DNA of 64,000 nt from Eledone cirrhosa (taxonomy: Eukaryota). The notes under the pieces were generated by a model. It was not told the origin of the DNA, searched no databases, and saw nothing but the letters and a program-made list of their open reading frames with translations. Every line of letters begins with the position of its first letter. The first letter of the stretch is position 1. The position numbers and the translations under genes were made by a program. This document shows, piece by piece, positions 24,929 through 39,054 of this stretch. The DNA is taken from positions 61,566,001-61,630,000 of the forward strand of contig OZ024741.1 in assembly GCA_964016885.1 (NCBI GenBank). Reading direction: 5' to 3'.

Positions 24929-25249
24929 GGAGGCACATGGCTTAGTGGTTAGAGCATTGGCCTTGCAATCGAAAGGTTGTAAGTTCAATTCTCGGACCGG
25001 GTGATGTGTTGTTTCCTTGAGCAAGACACTTTATTTCACATTGCTCCAGTTTACTCAGCTGTAGAAATGAGATGATAGGGACTGCAGTCCCTATCATTCC
25101 ACTGCAAAGTGGTCGTGGAGGTGCCACGGAAAAAAGCACTGTAAATGAGGTTGGTGTTAGGAAGGGCATCCAGCTGTAAAAATCAAGCCAGAATCAGTTC
25201 CCGTCCCACCCTTGCAAGCAGGGAAAAGTGGACGTAAAATAATAATGAT
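24929..25249 (+). mobile_element. SINE family A, full length
   Basis: Near-identical to 13749-14083. Confidence 0.92.
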
Positions 25250-25338
25250 ACGTGTGCGTGTGTGTAAATAGAAGTAAAAATATAAATAACAAAGCAAATG
25301 ACACAGTATAATGAAGAAATTATTAGTTTAACGCTTGG

Positions 25339-25343
<5 letters not shown>

Positions 25344-25431
<88 letters not shown>
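25344..25431. repeat. (GA)n microsatellite
   Basis: Direct reading. Confidence 0.97.
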
Positions 25432-25434
<3 letters not shown>

Positions 25435-25499
25435 AAAATAGAATTAGAAGCATTCACCATATTTTGGCTACAGAAAATAGTAAAAAAAGAGGGCATATG

Positions 25500-25925
25500 G
25501 ACCCCTATAATGGAAAAGTGCAAACAGTGTAGGTATTGGCATATCTCTTTTTTTAACCTCATTTTCAACACAATTGGGATCTGAAATCTATCCACCTGTA
25601 TTGACACGAGCTTGCATACCATCATGAAAACCTCCCAGAACTGATACAAACATGTCAGGAAAACCGAGTTTAATCAGAATCTTCCATAAGGCTGTCCTAG
25701 TCACCATATCAAATGCCTTTGTCTAGTCAACAAAGACACAAATCCATTCCCTATTCAATGTATTTCTGTAGTTGCCTCACAGAGAAGATCATGTTTGTTA
25801 TCGATCTACCACACAATGACTCAGGAAGAACATTGCCAGTGATGTTATTAAGCAATCTGCCCAGCAAGACCTTTTCCACAACTGACAGAAGGGTTATACC
25901 ACAATAATTACTACAATACAATCAT
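25500..25925 (-). pseudogene. Old RTE RT remnant
   Basis: Decayed GITLLSVV.KV, LPES.CG, MIFSVRQLQ and KAFD motifs. Confidence 0.7.
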
Positions 25926-25929
25926 CCTT

Positions 25930-26715
25930 TGCACCTACCAATCAGGTGAACATACAAGCCAGATTGACTATTTACTTGTAAGACAATGTGATACATTGTT
26001 ATAAATGCTAAGATCTTGCCCCAGTGAAGAATGTTCTGCCCAACAAAAATTACTTATTACTAACAATAGAAGATGAAAAAAGACACACAGGAATAAATGG
26101 AGACAGACAGGTTGAAAGCTAAAGAAGCTTTCTGTTAAATATAGGTTTATAAAGGCTCTACAGGATGCATATGACGAGAGGGGAGACAAACTGGATACAT
26201 TTGACAAAGAGGACAATTGAAAATGTTTATGTCACAAGCTACTGTGAACTACTGGTGAGACTTGTGGCTGGAGCAAAGCACAAACCAGACAGTGAGAGAC
26301 TCAGTGGTGGAAAAGCACAATGGATAGAACTATTAAAATCATGAAACAGACACGGAAAGTCTAGAAAAGTTGAGGTTGCAGTTACCAGTATCAGATAGCC
26401 AGGAGAACAGCTAGATGACAAGTATTCATAGCTCAGAAAGAGGCTGATAGAAGGTTTGCCAATGTTTGCAACGTGAAGATCAAAGACATGAGGTGTCCTG
26501 CCTTGCAAAGCAGTGTGTCTGTGAATCAGGATGTTGTTGGGGAAAAAAGTGTTTGAAATGGCTCTGGTGCACTAAGCATCATTGGAGCTCATTGATGCTG
26601 GAAATGTTACTATGAAAGACTGATGAATGTAGAGATTGAGTGGACAATGAGAGACCACCCTTAGTTGACCCAAAAGAGAGACTGTATATCGCTTGTGTGC
26701 AAAGTGCTATGCTGT
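25930..26715 (+). pseudogene. Decayed RTE endonuclease-linker remnant
   Basis: Aligns by eye with 21100-21870 (SQIDYLL, PSEECSAQQKLL, WW..K). Confidence 0.7.
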
Positions 26716-26779
26716 ATGACGATATGCACCCTTGATGGAGTCCAACTCCACATTGAATGGGATTAATTTAGCACCATTT

Positions 26780-27245
26780 ATACAAACACAAATACTAGGG
26801 CATGCATATAGAGACATCAGGGCAACAACAAGCTATTCATCAATCCCATACTCTTGCAGAACCTTCCACAGCAAGTCCCGATGAACACGGTCATATACCT
26901 TTTGAAGGTCTATGAAACAAGAATACATCTCTTAGCAATACTCCCACGATTTCTCAAAAATCTGCTGCTGTGTGAATATTTGGTCAGTTGTGCTGTGTCT
27001 GGGGTGAAAATCACACTGTTCATCAGCTAGCTTGGACTTGATAATCTCCTTTCAACTCTTTGCCAGACACTTAGCATAGACTTTACTGGGGAGGCTTAAC
27101 AAGGAGATTCCTCTATAATTGGAGCAGTCACTCTTGTCTGCCTTTTTGAAAATTGGGATTATAACTCCTGGTTATCATTGCATAGGTGCTTTCCAGAGAT
27201 CCAAACCACCTGGCATAGATGAGTCAGCCAGAAAATATCTTCTCT
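26780..27245 (-). pseudogene. Old RTE RT remnant
   Basis: Decayed YRGISLL, DQIFTQQQIFEKSWEYA and CFIDLQKVYDRV motifs. Confidence 0.7.
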
Positions 27246-27451
27246 ATTTAAGGCTAAATTTCATACTCTCGGGTGGTCTTACCTCTCTCTTCCACTGAAT
27301 CCTAATTAATTTAATTGTTATTCACAAATATTTAACTACATAATACCCTAACATTTTTGTAATACACATATACATACATATATATATATATACATTTACA
27401 CACATTATATACATATATATATATATATACATTTACACACATTATATACAT

Positions 27452-28560
27452 ATCATCATCATCATCATCATCAGCGTTTAACGTCCGTGTTCCACGCTTG
27501 CATGGGTTTGGACGGGGGTAGTCCCACTTGAGGCAAGAGTGATTGTCTTGCTCGCATAGGACTGTCTGGCAGGTTTTCTACAGTTGGATGCCCTTCCTAA
27601 CACCAACCACATTTACAGTGTGGGTCTGGGAGGTTTTTACCGTGTTGCCTACACGGCCACATTACAGCGTGGACTGTGTGTTTTTTTGTCGTGACACCTA
27701 CACGATCTCATTTGTTTCGGCCTCGATGGCGCGGCACCAACATAACTTTACATAGAACGGGGTGGTGTGGATCGGGTGGGGGTGGTGGGACGGGGTGTAT
27801 TTGTTAGAGATGCCTACTGGCTGGAGTAGGTTTTACTATATATTTAGGTAAGGCGGGTCTTCTCTGTTACTGAGTACCGCCAAAGGTCTCGGTCCAGTGA
27901 CATTGTCTTGGAGAGGTGTAAGTGTGTGATGTCGGAGTTTATCAGCTCGTCCCAGGTTTTTCTAGGTCTGCCTATTCCGTGACTACCGTCTATCTTTATT
28001 GCCCTGCACTTTGTTATACAGCTATCGACTTTCATGCGCATCACGTGTCCATACCAACGTAGCCTTCTCTCGAGTAAACAACATCTGATCCCTCTTATCT
28101 CTAATTTATTCCTTAGTTCGTTTATGCTTTGCCGTTCACGTATATTACTGTTACACATCCAGCGGAGCATGCAAGCTTCGTTCCTCTCTAGTCTGCGTAT
28201 ATCCTCTGCACACAATGCCCAGGTCTCACTGCCATGCAGCATTGCTGTTCGTATGCAGGCATCGTACAACCTGCCTTTCATTTTTAGTGAGAACCCTTTA
28301 GCAGCTAATAGTGGTATAAGCTCTCTGAACTTTTTCCAACCAGTTCTGACTCTAGCTACAGTACTTTCAGAGCACCCTCCCCCACTGCTGATTTTATCGC
28401 CCAGGTAACGGAAGCTGTCCACTATTTCTATAGAACCCTCTGCGCAATTGAAAGAGCTAGTAGTTTGTGGGCACTTGCTGCTACTTATTGCACCAGAGCA
28501 CCGGCCACATGTAAAATCTATGTTCTTAGTTAGCCTACCTGTGATCCCACTACATCTTTT
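27452..28560 (-). mobile_element. 5'-truncated RTE (second subfamily) with 3' UTR and (GAT)n tail
   Basis: ORF 27844-28560 is nearly identical to 54420-55135; TA-rich flanks on both sides. Confidence 0.95.
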
Positions 28561-29354
28561 ATATATATATATATACACATACATACACATTTACACACAC
28601 ACACACATATATAAACATACATACATTAGTTTAATAATACAATTCCCAATCTCTGTCATGAAAGCATTTTATAGCTTATACAGCAGCTATGGAAAGGATT
28701 AAGCTTCAGCTGGTCAAATAATCAGTATTTTATCTCCATAGATTTAATTGACCTCTGAATTCCATAGATGATCAAACAAACTATTTACAATAAATACTTT
28801 ATGAGATGAACATTTTTATGAAGGTTGGTTTAACTACCCTGCACAAGATTGTTCTGGTGTATGTATGTGAGTGTGTGTGTGTGTATGTATGTGTGTGTGT
28901 ATGTATGTGTGTATGAATATGTGTGTATTTATATATGTGTGTATTTATATGTGTGTGTATGCATGTATGTGAGTATATGTATGTGTATAAACACACACAC
29001 ACACATGTGCACACTTATACACACATTCTTTATTCAGCACTAACAATACAATTTATTTCATATAGAAGTTGAGAAATATTTTAACACATTTGTTACCATA
29101 TTTCCAACGAATGTCACTGCCTATCATTTTCTGAACATTTAAAAAATAATCAAGAATGTATCTCATGTTTATAATATAACTACTCTCTTTATGTCTTGCA
29201 CCACATGAAACCACACCAACAAGACATTCTTTAAAAGTACAAAACAAACATATACTTGCATGACATGAAAAATTAAAGTCCTATCTAATACTGCACATAT
29301 TCATAATGATTTGTCCAGTAGTAAAATGATATAAACATTTGAATTAACAATTTC

Positions 29355-30030
29355 ATTTTGCCCTCCTTGATAGTTTCTTTGAGTTTATAACTGACAATTT
29401 TGATAGCTAGTCTTGCTCTTGGGTCAAGTGAGGGTAGCCTTCCTTCCTTCCACTCATTCTCCACATTCATAAACCTCTTATAGCAGCATTTCCAGGCCTC
29501 TTCCTTTTGAGCATCAGTGATGTGAAAAGCACTAGTGTCATTTCAAACACACTTTCCCAACAATATCCTGATTCACACTGACACACTTCCTTGCAATGCA
29601 GAACACCTCAAATCTCTGATCTTCATGTTGCAAGACATTGGCAAACCTCCTTCTTTCAGCCTCTTTTCATGTTATGTATACCTCTCATCGAGCCTCTTTT
29701 AACTACCTGGTACTCGTTTCTGATGCTCCCATATTTCCAGTCTTCCCATGCCTGTCTCTTGGCTTTAATGGCTCTATCCACACTGCTGTTCCACCACTAA
29801 GTTACCCTCTGTCTGCCTGGTCTTTTGCTCCAGCCACAAAACTCATCAATAGTCAGTAGTAGGTTGTCACATAGGAACTTCCAGTTGTCCTCTATGTCTG
29901 CTATATGTGTCTAACAGATCTTCCCTCTCATCATATGCACCTAAACTTAACAGAAAGGTCTTTTAGGTTCTGAACTTCCCTCCTCCAGATTTTTTTGTTT
30001 TATGCTTATTCTGATGGCACTAATAACTAT
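29355..30030 (-). pseudogene. Decayed RTE linker remnant
   Basis: MNVENEWKEGRLPSLDP corresponds to LNEENAWEEETLPHVDP of the intact ORF. Confidence 0.75.
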
Positions 30031-30475
30031 GTTGAGTAATGCATTCTTTTCTATAACCATCTGTCTATATCATTTAAATATATATCATATTAGAAGGTGT
30101 CCCTTGTGGCCAAGATCATACAAAATGGATGCGAAAAGGATGGCGAAGGCAATGGAAAAACAGACAAAACACACGAGAGGCCCTTCTTATCAATTGATTG
30201 CTGGAGGTCCTATGGTTTTGGTGCTTTATGGTTGAGGACTTCAAGCAGTCACCTTGGTGAAAAAGGACTATCCAGTGTTTCATCCATTTTTCCATTGTCT
30301 TCACCCAACTTTTATATATATATACATATATATATATATGTTGTTTCCTTGAGCAAGACACTTTATTTCACATTGCTCCAGTTTACTCAGCTGTAGAAAT
30401 GAGATGATAGGGACTGGGGTCCCTATCATTCCACTGTAAAGTGGACGTGTAGGCGCCACGGAAAAAAAGCAAAAG

Positions 30476-31290
30476 GTCTAGCAAATAGAGAAAAAGTTTT
30501 AAAATAAATTTTAAAAAATTCGCTGTACTTACTATATGTGCCTTTACCGCAGTTTCAAGCTCCAGAATAAACGGAAAATCTAAGTGGACTTCCATTGAGA
30601 AGGGAACTATCTTCAGAAGGAGAATATAAAATTCTCGAGTTCAAATCACAAACTGACGCCATACAAAACCATTCCAAAATGAGAGCGAATAATGAAAGAA
30701 ATAATTCTGTCTGGTGCCGTGTGCAAAGACAAAAGGCAGGGTGGACAGGTCAATGTCAATTTTTTAACATTTATTTTAAAACTTTTTCTCTAATTGCTAG
30801 ACCCTGATTTTATATGTTCTGGCTTGTTAATTTATTAACCCGCCATAGAACCACATTGGCATACGGTTGGATAATACTTGTTGCCCTATATGTATATTTT
30901 ACACGTAGGAATTCATGCTTTATTATTATTGATCTCCCCCTAAGGTAGAGATAACATTTTGGCCATTTGGACTGCTGCTATTTCTAGTGGCAGGATATTG
31001 ACCTGTCCACCCTACCTTTTGTCTTTGCACACAGCACCAGACAGAATTATTTCTTCCATCATTCGGTCTCATTTTGGAATGGTTTTGTATGGCGTCAGTT
31101 TGTGATTTGAACTCGGGAATTTTATATTCTCAGAGGGAGAAGAGCCCTCTGAAGATTGCTCCCTTCTCAATGAAAATCCACTTGGATTTTCCATTTATTC
31201 TGGAGCATGAAACCGCGGTAAAGGTACATATAGTAAGTACTGTAAATTTTTTTAAATTTATTTTAATACATTTTCTCTATTTGCTAGACC
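30476..31290. mobile_element. Fold-back element with ~280-bp arms, probably PLE-derived
   Basis: 30476-30755 pairs with 30996-31290; extra inverted end copy at 30757-30803. ORFs 30383-30595(-) and 31074-31340(+) share HLDFPFILE.ETAVK.HIVST. Confidence 0.9.
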
Positions 31291-31293
31291 TTG

Positions 31294-31347
<54 letters not shown>

Positions 31348-33498
31348 TAAATTCAGCAAGAATCGCATTTTGGCGGGTAGAAAAAGCGAAACGCAACGCA
31401 AATTCCGAGTCATATATATATATATAGAGAGAGAGAGAAAGAACGAGTTGATGTGTATATGAAAATATATATAAATATATATCATCATCATTGTTGTTTT
31501 AACATTCACTTTCCCTTATGTACAGTCACATGTTGCAGCGAGTGCTCAGAAGAGGTTGACATACCATTGAGACAACTGAGAGTCCTCCTGACCCTTTGTC
31601 TGGCAAGTTTTATATGGCTGGATGCCCTTAATATCACCAACCACTTTACAGTGTATACTGGGTGCATTTATCCTGTACATCACCAACACTAGGGAGGTTG
31701 TTATGTTCATGACGTGACTGAAGGGTTCTCTCTCTATATATTTATATATATATATATATGACATAAAGAGAACTAATGGTATAATTTCTGTATAACATGT
31801 AATATAAGTAATATATTTATATCACTTTTATACCTTGTCATATGTATTACAATATATAATTTAGTATTGTTTCTGTAATATTCTTGCATAAGAGTGTTCA
31901 AGAATATTTTTTTGTTGCATCTGAGCTCTTTACAGAACTATGAAATCAAGAAGTTTTTATTTCAATGTATTTTTACTTCTTTATATATCTCATGTACCTA
32001 CCTGTTCTCTCTCCTTTGAACTCCCCATTTTCTGATGAAGGACTTCCGTCCAAAGCGCTGAACCCTCCTCTACTTCCTCCTAAGTGTGATCCTAATAAGA
32101 CTTTGTGTTTTTGTATCTCTGGGTTAAAAATAATGATGATGATGATGATGATGGTAGAATCACCCAGCCCTCACAGCAAAAAGCACCAAGTACTCACTGT
32201 AAATGAGATTGGTGTTAGGAAGGGCATCCAGCTGTAGAAACAAAGCCAAAATCAGTTCTGTATGAGGAAGACATGGTCACCTGACCTAGCATTGCCCACA
32301 ACAGGACAACCTGTCTAACCCATGCAAGCATAGAAAATGGACGTAAGATGGGGGTGATAATGATATATGTATATAAACACTAATAAATATATATACCATT
32401 ATCATCATATATATATGTGCATATATATATGTGTATGTTATGTTGGTACCACAAAACATCCAGCCCACACTGTAAAGTGATCATGTAAAAGACACAGCAA
32501 AAAACACCCAGCACACACTGTGAATGTGGTTGGCGTTAGGAAGGGCATCTAGCCATAGAAAACCAGCCAGAAACTCTCCTATATGAGTGAGACACGGTCA
32601 CCCAACCCAACTGGCCTCTGAATGGGACAAACCTGTCTAACCCATGCTAGCGTGGAAAATGGACGTTAAGCAATGATGATGATGATATTTGAAATCAAAT
32701 GATATTGTGATGCCCTAGGCCATCACAGATTGTGCGATTATAGCAACTCCCCACTCGCTTCATGGTATCAGGAATATTTTCTTGAATCAAAGCAAACTCC
32801 TTAGCTATAACAGGAAGATGGTGGTATATGGACAAACATCATTGTGTAATATATATATTTTTTTTTTTTATGTCTATGTTTATGTTTGTGTATGGGTTTA
32901 TGTGCCCTGAAAAATGAGATTGATAAAATAATAGCCAGACTTGAAAAGAAATGCAGGGGCCCATATGTTCAACTAAATCATGGTGATGCCCCAGTATGGC
33001 TACAGTCGAAGACTGAAACCATTAAAGAAATAAAACAATACCTATGAATGTTTGGTATGCATATATGTATATATAAGTGTGTTTGTAGATCTTTAGTTAT
33101 TTTTATGTTAATACTAATAAATTATTCAAAGCCACCACACACACCTGCTAAAGTTTAAAGTGAACATAAAAATGTTTTGAAAATAAACAAACAACAAAAT
33201 TGTGACTGTTATTGTTAGAATAAAAAAGTGAATGCTCTAGCCATCAGTCACAATCAAAAATAACAATAACACCCCACCATTACCTCATCACTGCCACAAC
33301 CCCTGCTCTTTTAAAAACAAACACACCTCCCACCTTAGTAGTTTTATTTGAGTACTTAACTGCTCTCACACCCAGTAATGCTTCAGATCAAAGGGAACTG
33401 ACTTCTCCCATTAATACACACACATACACACTGACTGAAGTTATATCAAAATATAAATGATATAAAACAAATATGTGAGTGTGTGTGAGAGAGAGAGA

Positions 33499-33546
<48 letters not shown>

Positions 33547-33832
33547 CAATTGAAATAGTTGAAACAATAAAAATAAAAGGAAGTAATAAATGAAAAATTA
33601 TTTACCATTTTTATATCTTGAAATTCATCCTCTGTACAAATAAGATTATTATTATAACAATATATATCATTGTTTTTAAATAAAACAATGATATATATAT
33701 ATGCGTGTGTGTGAATTTCGTATATCTAAAGGTATATATGTTTATAAATAAATATTTTAAATACCATAACTATGATTAGAACACTGGTGGTCAGTGCCAC
33801 CGAGCAGTGTCCAGTAGAAGCAAGGGGGATAA

Positions 33833-33873
33833 CTGCCGATACATTTCAAACTTAATAGTTCTCATCAGGACAA
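33833..33873 (-). ncRNA. Minimal type-I hammerhead ribozyme motif
   Basis: UUGUC-CUGAUGA-GAAC(UAUUAA)GUUU-GAAA-UGUA-UC-GGCAG. Confidence 0.65.
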
Positions 33874-34157
33874 TGCTTCCTTCTCACTACTGCTGGACTT
33901 TGAAACAGGTGAAAATATATAGTTTTTTCATCTGTGTAAATGGACTGACTAGCTTCATTTGCATACAAAGTTGTATAAGTTGACTCAACTTAAAATAGAA
34001 TTAGAATCTAGCTTCGACATAGCTGTATACACATATTTGTATACAGCTATGCCGAAGCTAAATTCTCTCTCTCTCTCTCTCAATATATATATATATATAT
34101 ATATTAAAATAACAGATTAAAGTTTAAGCAAAGAATCGCTGCTTTCACCCTTATTAT

Positions 34158-34199
<42 letters not shown>

Positions 34200-34517
34200 A
34201 GAGAACGAGAGAGATAACCACGCAAACTGACACACACACACACACAGAAACACAGACACCTGATGCACACACATATACACAGCTAGATCAAAACACACAG
34301 ACAGGCATACCTGGAATGGAGAGATGCATTAACATTATGCACCTCATCTACATGCATATACAAGGAATATATATACTCCAACACTTGATTACTTCACCTT
34401 TTTCTTCTTTTTTCCTACTCTTTTTGTCTTTCAATTTCTCTTTCCTAACTTACCTAATTGTCCAATAAATTGAGGACATTTCTTTTTCTATTTCACACAA
34501 GTGCTAACCTAAAAGTA

Positions 34518-34550
<33 letters not shown>

Positions 34551-34553
<3 letters not shown>

Positions 34554-34915
34554 TGTTCTGAAAGTACAGGAGCCAGAGTAAGAATAGGATGGAAGAAGTT
34601 CAGGGAACTACTACCACTGCTAGCTACAAAAGGCTTTCCCCCTAAAATGAAGAGTATATTATATGCAAGTATACAAACAGCAATGTTACATTATAGTGAT
34701 ACCTGGGCACTGAGTGCAGAGGATCTGCAAAAATTGGAAAGAAATGAAGCTTCCATGCTTCAATGGTTATGTGAACAGCAAAGCATAAATAAACTGAGAG
34801 AGAAACTAGGCATAAGAAGGGTCAGTTACAGTATGCAGGAGAGGAAATTACATTGGTATGGTCATGTGATGCGTATGAAGGATAACAGCTATATAAAAAG
34901 CTGCAGAGCGCCCAA
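34551..34915 (+). pseudogene. RTE C-terminal fragment
   Basis: RVRIGWKKFRELLPLL...WYGHVMRMKD. Confidence 0.9.
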
Positions 34916-35676
34916 TGTTATATTTATATGGAGTTCCTCCATCGTTTTTGACCACAAATGTTCCAGTTGATTCAATCAAGGGAAATGCCTGCTTATGAAT
35001 TTAACGAGCAGGTGACTGAGCATCCCACAAATAGTACTCTCCCAACATAGTTATTATGGAGATTCAGTGTGAAACAGTGTATGACAAGGCTGGCCCTTGA
35101 TTTACAGGCACAACTTGTTTTTGTCAGCTGAGTGGACTGGAACAATGTAATTGATAGTAGGGATGTATACATTCCAAATATATATATATATAATATTATA
35201 GAGTAAAATGACAGGAGGCCATAGTGAATGACCAATTCTATCCAGAGGTGAACCACCAAATTTAAATGCATGTATATATATATACAGTCGTCTAGGTGTC
35301 ATGAAAAAAAGATCACCCAGTACACACTGTAAATGTGGTTGACATTAGGAAGGGCATCCAGTTGTAGAAACCAAGCCAAATCAGTTCTGTATGAGCAAGA
35401 CATGGTCATCTGATCTAGCATTGCCCACAACAGGACAACTGTCTAACCCATGCTAGCATGTAAAAAATGAACGCAAAATAATGAGGATGATGAGAGTGTG
35501 TGTGTATATGTGCATTTGTGTATGTATTTTTGAAATGTATGTATCACAACTCTAAAAATAATCGATCACTATATATAATAACTAAGAAAATTATATAACG
35601 TAGCCCTGTCCAATTATTTCCCTCTCCATGGGTACCTTCTTTGCTGCATGAATTATTTTGAGTTTCACTTTCTTTA

Positions 35677-36020
35677 TTAGAACCTTCTCATATTTTCTAA
35701 TAATGGCTCTACAGTTTGTTTGGAACAACACAGTTGCCAAATTCATAATATAATAAATGTTTCTAGACCTTCACAGTCTCATCATCAGGAGCGCTGTCAG
35801 CATGTTTTTAATGAATCATTTATTGTAGACATGTATTTTATGTTGTCTTATGCAGTTCTTCTTCCTTTGCTAGCATTCTTTGGTTTTCTTAAAAATAAAC
35901 CGACAACATCCCTGTTGTTGAGAAGGTGGAAATCTAGAAATATTGATTAAATTATCGACATGAGAATGCTATTTCAAACGAACTGTAAAGACCTTATAAG
36001 AAAATATGAGAAGGTTCTAA
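35677..36020. mobile_element. Fold-back element with a decayed hammerhead motif
   Basis: ttagaaccttctcatattttct pairs with agaaaatatgagaaggttctaa; minus-strand CUGAUGA..agac/gtct..GAAA at ~35758-35790. Confidence 0.7.
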
Positions 36021-36203
36021 ATATATAAATGTGCAAGCATGGAAAAAAAGGACATAAAGCGATGATGAGGATACATGTGTTATTAAAAACACAACTATTT
36101 TTGAGGTTCAATGTCTTTATTCTCGTGATAAAATATAAGTATGACGAATAAACATTTCATGGTTGTGTGCTTATATACACGTGTCTGTGTGCATATATGT
36201 ATG

Positions 36204-36282
<79 letters not shown>

Positions 36283-36405
36283 CATGTATGACATCAAAAC
36301 CACACCCACATTTCCATTCAGCTAGCTTCCATATGTACATAACTAACTGCAATTACCTCTGTATATTTAATTATATATATATATATAAACACACACTACA
36401 GTGTG

Positions 36406-36437
<32 letters not shown>

Positions 36438-36558
36438 CATAAAATGTTTGTTTGTGTGTGAGTGTGTATACATTTATGCATATATATCTATATAGACATT
36501 TATATATATATATCTATATAGACATTTATACACATACACACACATGTACATATATATC

Positions 36559-36592
<34 letters not shown>

Positions 36593-37755
36593 CATATATA
36601 AAACTAAATACACCCAGGCAATTACAGAAGTATTCATGTGAAAGCTAGCTCTATAGAAACTTGGGCGTGGTTTTCAGGATGTTACACACCACACACACAT
36701 ACCTACATAAACTTTTGCCACAAGTATGCATTAAACATGCAGGGAAGGTATAGGAATAGTATCTACTGTTTGTTATAATTCCAACTTGTTCTGAACACAT
36801 CCACAGATGCAAATAGATAGATACACCATGAGTGATGTACTCTGGAGTCACCTGGTGTTTCAGAGGGTCTTACAACAAATGCCCTCATCCAAGAGACCTG
36901 AATACAGAATCAAAATTACACCCTGGAATCTATGGATATTTTCAGAGGATCTTATAATATACAACACCACCCAGGGGACTCAACTACAGATGCAAATACT
37001 TGGACACATCATCAGCCTTATATCTGAATGTTTCAGGTCTTACGACATAGTCACAGTCATCCTGGTGGGCTAGCAACAGGTCAAATCATCAGTGTTGTAT
37101 TCTGGGATCACTGGGTGCTTTAGGTCTTACAGCTTAGTCACTCTCATCCAAGTGACCTGACTAAAATTGATCAAGCCTCAGTTTGTGAGAAAGTGGCATA
37201 TATTACTGAAACCACTAGACACAGCTCTTCAGCCATGTAGATGCCCTATCTGATGCTTCCACACTGTTCCTGATGGTTCTCCTTCTGCTCATTCCTTCAT
37301 AGTAAATCATCATCATCATCACCATTTAATGTCTACTTTCCATGGGTTAGATGGTTTGTCACATTATGAGACAAATCAGGTTAGGTGAACATGTCATGCA
37401 CATATGGAACTATTTTGGGATTGGTTTCTATGGCTGGTTGTCCTTCCTAATGCCAACCACATTACAGCATGGACTGGATGGTTTTTCATTGTGGGACCAA
37501 TATGATCACCTACAGGGTGAACTGGGTACTTTTAGTCATGTCAGCAGAATGACACGAGAAAGTATAAACTATTCTCAATGAATGTTGTTTATTTTCTCAA
37601 TACTTCTGACAGCTTGATACCAAAAGGGTAATGGAGAGGGCTTGTTATATATACCAATGTAATTGCTACCTCAAAACATGTAATGTATATACAAAGTCTC
37701 ACATTTTCAAGTGCACACTCACATATTCACAGTGAGACCAAGCCTATACATATGT

Positions 37756-37821
<66 letters not shown>

Positions 37822-38810
37822 CTGAGGAAGAATTAAGGGAAGTGTATATAATTCTACATACATTCACATTCAATGAATCAGTAATCAGCAGACTAAAATA
37901 CTTCCTATTTCCTAATTCTCCACCCATTCTAAATATTTCAAGTTAAACTATGTTACTTAGTACTAATTTTGAAATGACATCCACATGTAAACCAACACTT
38001 AATTTACATTAACATATTTAATGCTTTTGCTACCATAATTCTAAAGAAAAACACCTGCCTATGATTTTCAAATTATTTTGAAAATGATCAATAATATAGG
38101 ATTTAATAATATAAATAACTTTCTCATTATTAAGCTGGTGTTTGAAATATTTAACAAAGATTCTTACATAAAATTATAATGGAAGGTTTTGAGAAAGATC
38201 TAAACACTTCAATTCTTTCATTACCATATTTCTAATGAAAGGCACTAACTAATTTTCAATTAGTTTTTAAAATAATAAAGAATATGGAATGACATTTGCA
38301 TTAAGCTAGTGTCTGGAACATAACTTAAAGGTTTTTGCATAAAATTATAAATGAAGGTTTTGAGATAAATATATAAATACTTTAGAATAAAAAGTTTTTG
38401 CATAAAATTATAAATGAAGGTTTCAAGATAAATATATACTTTAGAATAAACAGTTTAATATGTTAGAACCAGGAGCAGTTTCAGGCTGTTTGGTATCAAA
38501 AACTTTAATGCTGGGAGTATTCAGAAAACCAGAAATATATATGTAACGTGTGAGGTAAAATATTAGCCTGTGACATTTTATTTTTAATTGTTTAAAGTTC
38601 AGAGAATATAAGATATTTCGTTTCTGAATTTGTTTAGCAAGATTCTTTATCTGAAAACGTGTGTTGAAACCGATATTGTTATACTTTGGGAGGGTCATGT
38701 TGCCAATAAGAAACACACGCACCAGTTGCTTTCACTTCAATTTATTATAATAAATTTATAAATTTCCGATTGGTTGGTTGGTTCCACAACCAGATGGTTG
38801 TTTATATATT

Positions 38811-38853
38811 GTCAAAGTTCTTTCGTCACACATTCTGTGACCTCTTCAGTGAC
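38811..38853 (-). ncRNA. Minimal type-I hammerhead ribozyme in PLE left arm
   Basis: Reverse complement of 41011-41053. Confidence 0.75.
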
Positions 38854-39054
38854 TGGGGGTTCTTTTCTTTGTTTTTTGTGCCTCTCCATTGTTCTGTCCT
38901 ACGCCATCTTGTTTTTGTGTGTGTGTTGAGTGCTTAGTTTGTGCATGTGTTACATCCGGGTGTCTGTGTGTGTTTATATTCGTTTATTTATTTGTTTATT
39001 TACATGTTACTGGTTGGTTGTTTGTTCTATGTGCGTGTGTGTTTTCATTTTGTC

